Assembly: GCA_951406725.2 (NCBI GenBank)
Contig: OX597815.1
Coordinates: 133,114,001-133,178,000 of the forward strand
DNA length: 64,000 nt
Direction: 5' to 3'
DNA from: Octopus vulgaris
Taxonomy: Eukaryota
This document shows positions 48,931-64,000 of this stretch, in pieces; the stretch's first letter is position 1, and every line of letters begins with the position of its first letter. A program made the position numbers and the translations under genes. The notes below the pieces were generated by a model. The model worked only from the letters and a program-made list of their open reading frames with translations. It did not search any database and was not told the origin of the DNA.

Positions 48931-50099
48931 TGGACTAAACATTTCTAACAAATCAGGAAAACCCGTAGATGCCATTCATGGAACGATTGATAAATCCTGT
49001 GAGTCTTGTATATATTTGTTCATGTATTTGCAAGGCAATTTTCTTATACATGTCTAAAAGTTGTGTAGGCTTACATGAATATAAGCAAGCTATCTGGAAG
49101 TAGAATTCAGCAGAGACAAACTAATCTTTTACTCCACATATATTATTTCTGTCAAAGCAAGATATTTTTATTTTAGATATCTTTTGAATAAACCGAAATT
49201 GAGCACATATGTTTGTAGTGTTTCTTTACTAAAACATTTATCATTAATTTATACAAACTTTAGATCCAGTTTTTTGTCTTAATTTAGTTTCAGTTCTTAT
49301 CTAACGCAATTTTATATCAATTACGTCCTGCAACTTTATTTTTCTCAACATAATAAACTTTAATCTATACCGCTCTTTATTATAACTTTTCAAAGAAAAT
49401 CTGATCATGTTCCACTTACCAAACTGCCTGAATCTATTAACTCTGATCGTCTCTTAAAATAACAAAATAATTGTTATTTTAAAACGTTCATATTTAAATT
49501 AAGCTTTTTATTGTAATTTATTTGCATACTTCTGTAAAGTTATATTTTAACACCAGCTTTATAATGAAAAAGTTTGCTATTTGGTGAATATCTTTCAAAA
49601 TTGTTGACTATTTTTTTTTCACATATTTGAAGCACACTCATAACCAGTGTATGTATTTCATTAAAGAAAGGAGCCTGAAAGGCTTAAAATATTCATGTAA
49701 TTATCTCACAATTAAATTCAAATAATGTTATTAAGCAAATTAGCATTGTCAACAGATAAAACAAATTGACATAATCAGAATTATAAGATTTCTTGATTAT
49801 AAATTTTAAAACGATTTGCATTTTATTGCAGTTTTTTAATATAGAAATTAATTAATTAATTCAATATCTTAATTTTCATCTTACACGTTGGTGTACTTAT
49901 TTTACGTGAATAAGAATAGGAAAGGTTTTCTTCAGCTGGATGCCTTTCCTAATGCTAACTTCACCAACGTACTAATCTCCCAGGCTGTCGAACTACAAAC
50001 AGTCCGGATATGGTTATACGGAGAACTGGAGACAAATGATACGTTTCGAATAAGCTTTTTGCATGAGCGCATTTGAAGATGAGGGAAAATCAGAACTCT

Positions 50100-50310
50100 T
50101 CACATACACATATGTACATACATACACACACGCGCACGCACGCACACGCACACACACATACACATAACACACACGCACACCTCATACACACATGCATACA
50201 TACATACATACATACATACATACATGCATACATACATACATACATACATACATACATACATACATACATACATACATACATACATACATACATGTATGTA
50301 TGCATGCATG
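50100..50310. repeat. (CA)n/(CATA)n microsatellite beside a minus-strand SINE family 2 remnant (to ~50440)
   Basis: Direct inspection; cgacaggcttcttccgtttccgtc. Confidence 0.85.
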
Positions 50311-50724
50311 TACACGCTCACGACAGGCTTCTTCCGTTTCCGTCAACCAGTTTCATTCCCAAAGCCAATCAAAAGCGTCCACGCAATTGGACGGAAGACC
50401 CCACTACATGATTCTGAAGCAGACTTCTCAGTCTCATTGCCATATCTGCATTCACAAGTGTAGACACTAATTGTTAGAACTAAGTTACCTAGCCATTTGG
50501 AAATAAATTAGGTTGATAATATTTTAAAAATTTAGAAATCATGTGCAGGTGTCAATGATCTTTCTGAGAGCCATTTTTAAATTCAGTACAATTGACAGGT
50601 TATTATTAGCGATTATCCAATTCTTGACAAACGTGAAATTTGATCCAGGTGTCTCGGAACCACGATTAACGTAAATGTTTCCCACTGGATCTTCTTTGAT
50701 TCCTTCATAATAAACAGATAAAAA

Positions 50725-50945
50725 GCGTGGTAGGCAAACAGAATCGCGAGCGCATCGGACGAAATGCTTAGCGACATTTGTTCCGTCTCTTTACGTTCTG
50801 AGTTCAGATTCCGCCGAGATTAAATTTGCCCTTCATCTTTTCGGGATTGATAAAATAAACACCAGTTGAGAACTAAAGTCGATATAATTGACTTAGTTTC
50901 CTCCCTTAAAATTGCTGGCCTTGTGCCAAAATTTAAAACCATTAA
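50725..50945 (+). mobile_element. SINE family 1 copy
   Basis: cagaatcgcgagcgc...ttacgttctgagttcagattccgccgag...ctggccttgtgccaaaattt. Confidence 0.8.
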
Positions 50946-53818
50946 ATACAGATCATTCGCCGTTGAAGGCTGACTATTCATCTGAACATGTATGTGCATG
51001 TCTGAACAACACTTTAAAAGTAAACTGGTAGTTTACCGTAACTGCAATTCTTCTTTCTCCCACTGATATTTCTCCGATGTCCAAGCTGCCAACTTGGGCA
51101 GATACGTCTTGACACCAGTGCTGTTAAAACGCAGACGCGGAACAGATAATGTAAGACATCTCTCTCGAACCTCTAACTGTTTCTCCAATCCCCCGTCCTT
51201 TTATATCGACACCGAAAGCATGAGGGGCAGTGTTTGAACTCAGAGCCTAAGGCATTCTAGCCAATGCTTTAACGAGTGTGACAATTCACCGATTAATTCC
51301 CTTTATTATTGACATAGATCAGGTGATGGATCCTAGGTTAGTTGAAGACCTTCCCGTATTATAATATGATACTGAAACCAAAACAATGCAAAAACCGTGT
51401 TATAAAGTCATGTGGGTAAATAATAGCATTATTGTAAGATATCCGAACTTATGGTTAAAAGTTGAATACTTTTTCTCATTTCCTATCTCATGTCTTGCCG
51501 AAATGGTCTTCTACCAGATAAATCATGTATTGAATAAATCCTGAAATGATTTCAGTATTTCAAAGACAGAAGGTTTACGTCTCACGTCAACAAAATTTGA
51601 TTTAATGGTTTAGGGACTTGTTCAACATCAAGCTCAGATAATTCACTGAAAGATTGTTACTATTAAATTATGTGACATCAGGTTTTTGTACATAGATTTT
51701 TTTTTAGTGTGTGGGGGTATGTTTATAATGCAATTCACAAAAAGATTATAGAAAGGAGTTCTCTTTTTCAAACAATGTGTTTTCATTCAGAGTTTCAGCT
51801 GTATATTCTTTAACCGTTAAACTTTAATGAGCAATTAACTAAACTTATAATTCTATTTTAGAATTATGAATCTCGAAACAGATATAGTTATAATTAATAG
51901 CGTGTAAATATGGAGTTAAAATATATTTAAACGCCATTATTTATAGCTTTATCTACTTCGAGATCTACCGTTCCAAAAAAAAAGAGAGAATTATTTTGCG
52001 TTCTCTCTTATAAAATTCTCATAACATCAACTTATAAAATTCTCATAACATCAACAACTTATAATTCTTGCGGGTAAGAATAAATTCTCTAAAATGAATA
52101 GAGAAATTCCAAAGGAGAAATTCGAAGATATTTTCTCTTTCACCCGTATAAGAACAACAGACCTTCCGAATAGGACCTTGCATCTATCACGAGACGGATG
52201 AATGCCCGAGCGTCTACACAGGCGTTAATGGTAGAAGTAGAACCAGCATTTCTCATTAAAATAGAGAAGAATTTCTGAGAACACAAAATTATTTAGTAAT
52301 TGCAGGTATATTGATTGTTTTTTTTTTTGTTGTTTTGTTTTGTTTTGCTTTGCTTTTAATATAATGAAGATGCTTAAGAATGATTCCATTGTTCAACCAA
52401 TTTTAAATTAAATTTTAAAGGAAAATTTTAGAAGCTATAAAACATATTTTCTTCTAACATACAATCTGCCTTTTCTTTTTCTATTCTCTATTGTTTTGAT
52501 GTTTGCATCAATTATCTACAATATAGCCCATTATGCAGATTTATTCTGTGGGAATATTAATTAGGCATACTTACTGACAGAAAGCAGTGGAAATATTCTC
52601 AGAATTGATAAGACAAACACATCCAGTTGTCCTACATACCACTCTCGGCTTCTTTACTTTTAACATTTCAAGGACCCCTCATATCATCAATGCTATTGTT
52701 TATTTCTATATAAATAATCTTAAACTTAAATATCATATTCTTTCATTGTATTCTCCGCCTATGCTCATAGTCATCTCCATCCCTCACTGCAATTTGTGGT
52801 CAGATGGTTACGCCTTTTTGAAGGTTGTTTTAAAGTACTTTTAAGATGCTGATTTTAAATATGGCGCTTTGTGTTGCTTTGAAAAGGTAGTGTATATTGT
52901 TCGGATAACAAAGCAATTACAGTATATTTCCATCTTCGTGTGTGATTAAGGGGCAGTCAAACTAAAGGGAAAAAGTCATTGAGGAGAAAGGAATGGCCAG
53001 AAAGAAGAGATTCCGGTGGTGGAGTGCATAACTTCATGAGTTCCCTCCTTGTAACACCAGAGAAATATCTTGCTTCCCAGTAATCCATATGATAAAAAGA
53101 TATGAGAGGTTTAGATAATTTAGGTGACTGTTTCAAATATCTGTGGAAAATTTCTCGCTCGAAGTCGAGAAAAATTGACAGCAAGAAAGGTCGATAGGCC
53201 TAACCTAAGAATATTAATGAAAAATGGAAGATTTATGAGTTTACCTTTTGAAGAGAAATACCTGAGTAACTATCACACACATTCAGAAAAAGGATTTGGA
53301 TGACAACACATCTGAAAACAATGATGATCAGGCAAGATACTTCTTCCCCGACGTTACTATATTTTTTCTGACAGTAATATGAGTATACAAGTTTAGTTTC
53401 GTTACAACCATTAAAATCTTTTTCTCTATCATTTCAGGGACAACAAGCAGAGCATTTTAAACAAGACTCAAAATCTAAGGAAAAATTTACCAGAACCAAT
53501 GAAATACAAATATATGTGGTAAGCTGACGTTAGTGTTTGCCGAAGAAATTAAACAAGAATGATCATGTTCAGTAATTCATGAGGTGTGAGTTGATTCCTT
53601 GATGCACTTAAAAACCAACCTTGTTTGGCTCATTCTATTGCTTATCCTACATTTTTATACATCAAATTATTGTTGAACTGTGGTCTTCGTTGGATGAGTG
53701 ATGCATTTTCCCCATAATACAAAGCTATTTACTATTAAATGCGTCAGTTCAGTGACGTTTATATACTTTAGTTGTTTTTTTTATATATTTTAGTTTTTTC
53801 ATTTCATAACAATAAGGA

Positions 53819-53915
53819 GAAGAAGAAGAAGAAGAAGAAGAAGAAGAAGAAGAAGAAGAAGAAGAAGAAGAAGAAGAAGAAGAAAAAGATGACGATGACG
53901 ATGACGATGACGATG
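53819..53915. repeat. (GAA)n followed by (GACGAT)n microsatellite
   Basis: Direct inspection. Confidence 0.95.
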
Positions 53916-53969
53916 GCAATAACATTTTACTAACTATGCCTAATTTTGATATATATATATATATAGTGA

Positions 53970-54239
53970 CGGCGCATGGCTCAGTGGTTAGAGAGTCGAG
54001 CTTACGATCGTGAGGTTGTGAGTTCGAATCCCGAACCGGGCTGCGAGTTGTGCGACGTCACAGGTACCAAGCTGTATCGGCCTTTGCCTTTTTCTTGGAT
54101 AACACTGGTGGGCTGGAGAGGGAAGGCCGGTATGCATGGGCGACTGCTGGTCTTCCATAAACGACCTTGCCCGGACTTGTGCCTGGGAGGGTAACTTCCT
54201 AGGTGCAATCCCATGGTCAGTCATGACCGAAGTGGATCG

Positions 54240-54240
<1 letters not shown>
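53970..54240 (+). mobile_element. tRNA-derived SINE (family 4) inserted in (TA)n
   Basis: A box tggctcagtgg, B box gttcgaatcc, then a non-tRNA body; (TA)n on both sides. Confidence 0.75.
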
Positions 54241-54300
<60 letters not shown>

Positions 54301-54336
54301 ATATCAAAATAAGCAACAAGAATAACTTTGGTAATT

Positions 54337-54420
54337 TGGTACGATCGTTTCGCACTACATCATTTTATTAAATGTTGTAAGCATTACAACAGTTTTAGAA
54401 TGCTGAGCACTCATCAGCCA
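54337..54420 (-). ncRNA. Type I hammerhead ribozyme, canonical core, sense and just downstream of protease gene C
   Basis: tgg CTGATGA GTGCT...AGTGC GAAA CGATCG TA cca; predicted cleavage between 54340 and 54339; AATAAA (54364-54369) inside stem II. Confidence 0.75.
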
Positions 54421-54729
54421 TTAATATATATATATAAAGTACTATTTAAATATAGGTGAAATATAGTTAAAATGTGTAGACTAGCTATTATACTATATAA
54501 TGGCAATTTCTGCTCTATTACCATATACCTTTCATATACACTGTATTACTAAAATTTGAAAATACTTTTCTGAAAAAAAACTTGCCGTAATATGCAAATT
54601 GTAAATAGGATATTTTCGAAATGAAGCCAAGAGTAAAAAGTGAAATGAAATATTAAATAGAAAAATAACAGGAAACGTTGAAGTAATTTTCATTATTTAT
54701 AGAAACAAAATCATCATATTTTGGAAAAA

Positions 54730-58539
<3,810 letters not shown>

Positions 58540-58721
58540 CTAGAAAAATTAATAAAGTAATTAGCGATGATATCAAGTTATTTCAATAATATATATTTCT
58601 TACTTCATTAAAACACTTTCAGAAACATGTACTGACTCCCGTTGTTTACCACATTGACTTTATGCTGTCCCTTATAATTGCCATTGGTTTCAATTCATTT
58701 CGAAAATCCTCAATATCGATG

Positions 58722-59050
58722 TAAGCATAGCTGTGAGGTTATGGGTCTCACTTTGCAACTGTGTGGTTTCGTGCTCAGTCCGACTGTGTGACATCTTCGA
58801 GAAGTGTCTTCTACTATGATCTCGGGCCGACCTATAACTTGTCAATGAATTTGGTAGAGGAAAACTGTATGAAAACCCAACATACATATGTGTGTCTTTG
58901 TGTTTGTCTCCCTATCGCTTGACAATCGGTGTTGGTTTGTTTACGTCCATGTAACCTAGCGGTTCGGTATAAGAGACTGATAGAAAAGGTAGCAGGCTTA
59001 AAAACAAATACTGAGCTCGATTTGTTCAACCAAACTCATCAAGGTGGGTT
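58722..59050 (+). mobile_element. SINE family 2 copy (older)
   Basis: aagtgtcttctactat...cgcttgacaatcggtgttgg...agcggttcgg. Confidence 0.75.
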
Positions 59051-59141
59051 GACATTAAAAGGATCAATGATTTAAGATGAATATATATGTGAGTATGGAT
59101 GTATACATATATATGTGGTAGGGTAATATTATTATATTATG

Positions 59142-59172
<31 letters not shown>

Positions 59173-59359
59173 ATAATTATGTATGTATGTATGTATGTAT
59201 GTATGTATGTATGTATGTATGTATGTATGTATGTCATTATTCAATTTATTTCAAGATTTCTTGCCAATAGAGAGAGAACCGGTTTTTAACCTAGATCCAA
59301 GGCTCCATTGTAATTTCAACATCATCACCAGGGTAGTTTTGAATGTATGTATGCATGTA

Positions 59360-59522
59360 TGTCCCTTTGAAATATAGGTATAATGCTGAGTTTACCCAGA
59401 ACTACGTTAAGGGTACACGTGTCTGTGGAGTGCTCAGCCATTTACACGTTAAATTCACGAGCAGGCTATTTCATTGATCGGATCAACTGGAACCCTCGTC
59501 GTCGTAACCGACGGAGTGCTAC
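59360..59522 (+). mobile_element. SINE family 3, 3' portion
   Basis: gtctgtggagtgctcagcca...gatcggatcaactggaaccctcgtcgtcgtaaccgacggagtg. Confidence 0.8.
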
Positions 59523-59566
59523 GATCCATGTATGTATGAATATATGTATGGATGTATGTATGTAGG

Positions 59567-59715
<149 letters not shown>

Positions 59716-60050
59716 CCCTTTTGCTTCACCAGAAGAGATAAATGACAAATTCAATGCTTAAGTGTAGAGTATTATTTGATGCATTGTACAATGAATGGCC
59801 CCTAATTCCAATAATCTGAGTTACACGTCTCCTATAATCAGCCGATAATCGGAACCTGCTTTTCATTTCAAATGTTTTTTTTTTGGAAATATTATATGTA
59901 AGTCATGGTGATGACAACGCTTGCCTTCATGCAAGTTGGCTGGTTCATGCTCCCATTTTGTCTTTAGTTTCTGTCTCTCGTGGGAATATTCCAAACGTCT
60001 TAAACTTCACAAAAGTGAGGTCACTTCTAATAACTTTCCTCATGAAACTC

Positions 60051-60417
60051 GTGGCACTCTGTCGGTTGCGACGACGAGGGTTCCAGTTGATCCGATCAAC
60101 GGAACAGCTTGCTTGTGAAATTAACGTGCAAGTGGCTGAGCACTCCAGACACATGTAGTTCCGGGTGGACACAGCGTGACATAGAGTGTGACAAGGCTGG
60201 CCCTTTGAAATATAGGTATAACAGAAAGAGAAAGAAAGAGAGAAAGAAAGTTGTGGTACAAGAGTACAGCAGAGTTAGCCACCACCCCTGGTGGAGCCAC
60301 GTGGAGCTTTATGTGTTTTCGCTCAATAAACATTCACAATGCCCGGTCTGAGAATCGAAACTGCGATCCTATGACCGCGACTCCGCTGCCCTAACCACTG
60401 GGTCATTGCGCCTCCAC
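60051..60417 (-). mobile_element. SINE family 3, full copy
   Basis: Highly similar to 22252-22606. Confidence 0.85.
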
Positions 60418-60444
60418 CTCATGAAACTACGTTGGTAATATTCT

Positions 60445-61005
60445 TTTCTACTCTAGGCACAAAGCCCGAAATTTGGGGGGAGGGGCCAGTCTATTAGATC
60501 GACCCCAGTGCTCCACTAGTACTTAATTAATCCACCCCGAAAGGATAAAAGGCAAAGTCGACCACGGCGGAATTTGAACTCAGAACGTAAAGACAGACGG
60601 AATACCTATTTCTATTTCTTTACTGCCCACAAGGGGCTGAACACAGAGGAGACAAGCAAGGACAGGCAGACGGATTAAGTCGATTACATCGACCCCAGTG
60701 CGTAACTGGTACTTAATTTATCGACCCCGAAAGGATGAAAGGCAAAGTCAACCTCGGCGGAATTTGAACTCAGAACGTAACGGCAGACGAAATACCTATT
60801 TCTTTACTACCCACAAGGGGATAAACACAGAGAGGACAAACAAGGACAGACAAAGGGTTTAAGTCGATTACATCGACACCAGTGCGTAACTGGTACTTAA
60901 TTTATCGACCCCGAAAGGATGAAAGGCAAAGTCGACCTCGGCGGAATTTGAACTCACAACGTAACGGCAGACGAAATACGGTTACGCATTTCGTCCGGCG
61001 TGCTA
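60445..61005 (-). mobile_element. SINE family 1 with three tandem ~185-bp internal units
   Basis: ccccgaaaggat-aaaggcaaagtc at ~60535, ~60725 and ~60908. Confidence 0.88.
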
Positions 61006-61970
61006 CTCATATGAATGTGTTTGACTCTTCTGTGTGCGTGTGTGCGTTTTGTGTGCGTCTCTGTATATGTATAAATACTTATATATATATATATATATGT
61101 GTGTGTATCCGTGTGTGTATGTATGTATGCATGTATGTATGTATGCATGTATGTATGCATGTATGTATGTATGTATGTATGTATGTATGTATGCATGTAT
61201 GTATGCATGTATGCATGTATGTATGTATGTATGTATGTATGTATGTATGTATGTGTGTGTTTGTGTGATCGTGCATGTGTGGGGGGGTCACGCGCGTATG
61301 TGAGTGTGAAACAGAAAATATTAACCAAGTGTATCATTTTTTTTTTAATTTTCGATGAAAGAAAAAACAAGAGTTTCAAAGTTTATATCTTAGTTTCTCT
61401 TCATAAAAAAATTTACGTCTTCCATTTGCCACCAAGCAAGATTCGGCCTGCTATCTATAGTGACAAATTTCCATTATCTCATACTCGACTGTTTTTTAAA
61501 AGAGCACTCTGGATAATATATTGTAAATTACACTATTCCAGAAAAGAATATCTGCTATTGTCATGGATTAAATACAAATAGCTACAAGATTACGCGATAG
61601 GGTCCACTGGAGCCAAACATTTCTTATAATTCTGCTTCAACAACTTGAGAATCAGCTTGTTCCCGATTCAGAATGAAACTCAGTATTTCCTTAAATATAC
61701 TAGAATTAGATATCCTGTTTACACATGACTGTAACGAAACTATTTACATTTGAGCACAGAATTCATTACATCTCGTACCTTCAGACAGATCCGCATTTAA
61801 TCCCTTGTTAAATCAAAATATATTACCTAACTCGGCGCTTGAAGGTCTATCGTTCTTTCATAATATGATTAAACATATTAGGTTCCCACAATGCATTCAA
61901 AGCTTTATATGTGTGTGTGGGTGTGTGTAATTTATATGTTATATATATATATACATACAAGTATACATAC

Positions 61971-62013
<43 letters not shown>

Positions 62014-62194
62014 GCAAATGAAAGATGGAAGATGGAATATACGAGAATTTATTATTAATCACAACAATTGTTTCAACACATCTAGTATCTATTCCGTCTT
62101 CCGTCTTTCATTTGCTACATACATAACGATCACTGAGAATGTGGCCGTGCTTTCCCAATAAGCTACCAGGTGTAAACCATTCGTTTTATTATCC

Positions 62195-62241
<47 letters not shown>

Positions 62242-62244
62242 TCG

Positions 62245-62645
62245 TTTGATAGTCGAAATACCCTGTTTGTTTTGTTTTATCTTCGTTGTAATTGTACAAT
62301 TATTTTCCTTTTGTTGTCCCTTGTGTATGTATAATTTTATTTTATATCTTACGTTCGCGTCCGATAGTCGAAAGGCCCTTTCTGTTGTTTATTTCTTTGT
62401 TTTCGTATATGTACATTCGTTTGCCTTGCCCAGAGGCCTAATGCTTTTAGTTCAGCCGGTTTCGAGTAGCATCGGAAATAAATGGGCGAAACTACGTGGA
62501 AAATCCGGATTTCGACTGAAGAGGCAACTGGCTGCGAATGATCCGTGTATCTTGGTTTCTCCCCGTTTGCTTTCGTCTTTTTTCTTGCATGTTGTGTTTT
62601 GACGGTTTCTGTTTGTTGTGTTTTTTCTGTTCTACCTTTGATTTA
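62245..62645. mobile_element. Second copy of the unclassified repeat at 1035-1592, between microsatellites
   Basis: Shared sequence blocks as listed for 1035-1592. Confidence 0.7.
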
Positions 62646-62646
62646 T

Positions 62647-62699
<53 letters not shown>

Positions 62700-62724
62700 C
62701 ACAAACACACACACACACACACAC

Positions 62725-62788
<64 letters not shown>

Positions 62789-63056
62789 TATGTAATCAGC
62801 TAAAAGAAGGCAAAACGAGTGGGATAAGTTTTAACGAATTTGTTATTAGTATAACGTTCGAAAGGAGAGGAAAGGTTCTTTGATCTTTCGAGCGTCGTCG
62901 TTCTTCAGAAAAACAACAGCAGGAAGGAGGAAAATGTAGAAATAGAATGGGAGCTAGGAAATAAATATAGGGTGATAAAGAATAAAAAATATATTATGCA
63001 TTTAAATGTGGGGGGGGGGCTGTGTGTGTGTATATGGAGGTTTTGCATGTTAGTAA

Positions 63057-63117
<61 letters not shown>

Positions 63118-63656
63118 GATAATACATACTATCAATTCGGGTAAGTGATGAATATAAGTGAGGAAATAGTTTTGTAAATCCGAGGATGAAGAACAGACCC
63201 ATAACTTTCACAAACTCCTAGACTGGAGATTCTATAAGAAAATGACTAAACCTGGTCTTCTTTTTTTTTTCTCAGCCTAATGAGCAACAGAGCCTGACCT
63301 TGTAGCTTACAACACTAAGTTGCCACTGGAAAAGCTGTTACAGCTGAAGAGCCTACCACCACGGAACAGGAGAATTGCCATACCGTCCGGCCGTCTACCG
63401 GTCTAGTCCTGCTAGCTCGAGCTGAGAAGGGAAACCTGCAGCGTCTAGGCCATACTTTATGATCTTGTTAAGGGCGTCATGGCATGGAAAGCGGCCAGAA
63501 CTATGAGAGCATGACAATGGGTGGAAGACGGAAGAATCTACTATGGATCCACAGCAGCATTCATGAGGCTGACAGATCTGGATACCAAACCTCAGGGAAA
63601 TTTATTTGAGAATGTACTTCATATGAACATTTAAAATTTAGAAAAGTTAAGCGATA

Positions 63657-63821
63657 GGCGCAGGAGTGGTTGTGTGGTAAGTAGCTTGCTAACCAGCCAC
63701 ATGGTTCCGGGTTCAGTCCCACTGCGTGGCATCTTGGGCAAGTGTCTTCTGCTATAGCCCCGGGCCGACCAATGCCTTGTGAGTGGATTTGGTAGACGGA
63801 AACTGAAGGAAGCCTGTCGTA

Positions 63822-63862
<41 letters not shown>

Positions 63863-64000
63863 ATGTGTTTGTGTGTCTGTGTTTGTCCCCCTAGCATTGC
63901 TTGACAACCGATGCTGGTGTGTTTACGTCCCTGTCACTTAGCAGTTCGGCAAAAGAGACCGATAGAATAAGTACTGGGCTTACAAAGAATAAGTCCCGGG
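63657..64000 (+). mobile_element. SINE family 2, apparently young copy running off the window end
   Basis: ggcgcaggagtggttgtgtggtaagtagcttgc...ggcaaaagagaccgatagaataagtact. Confidence 0.9.

Noticed and set aside
53970-54050. tRNA gene
   Set aside because: A and B boxes are present but the acceptor stem does not close and the sequence continues into a SINE body.
62878-62912. Minus-strand CTGAAGA...GAAAGATC motif
   Set aside because: Related to the minimal hammerhead family but stem II pairs poorly; counted only as a weak remnant and not listed as a feature.

Overview
Eukaryotic, AT-rich, microsatellite- and transposon-dense genomic DNA. The SINE families and repeat landscape suggest an octopus or other coleoid cephalopod; this is inference, no search was run. 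The host genes are a tandem array of three paralogous secreted S1 (chymotrypsin-family) serine protease genes on the minus strand, spaced about 30 kb apart. Gene A shows exon 1 only (2554-2614). Gene B is complete (6 exons, 21267-32218, 254 aa, intact His/Asp/Ser triad, unusual Asn189/Val216 pocket). Gene C shows exons 3-6 (54730-58539). The rest is transposon debris: a near full-length Tx1/L1-clade LINE inside a (CT)n tract, a decayed Gypsy-like element, two CR1-group LINE fragments, mariner/Tc1/hAT remnants and many tRNA-derived SINEs. The most striking unannotated signal is about 15 type I hammerhead ribozyme motifs carried by short Penelope-like fragments next to (TA)n tracts. Several have intact cores and one shows an A3-U8 compensatory core swap. 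One lies in sense orientation just downstream of protease gene C, and two sit inside a ~1.1 kb intronic foldback. Most ORFs in the supplied track are microsatellite artefacts. Repeat boundaries are read by eye and approximate; exon and ribozyme coordinates were counted base by base.
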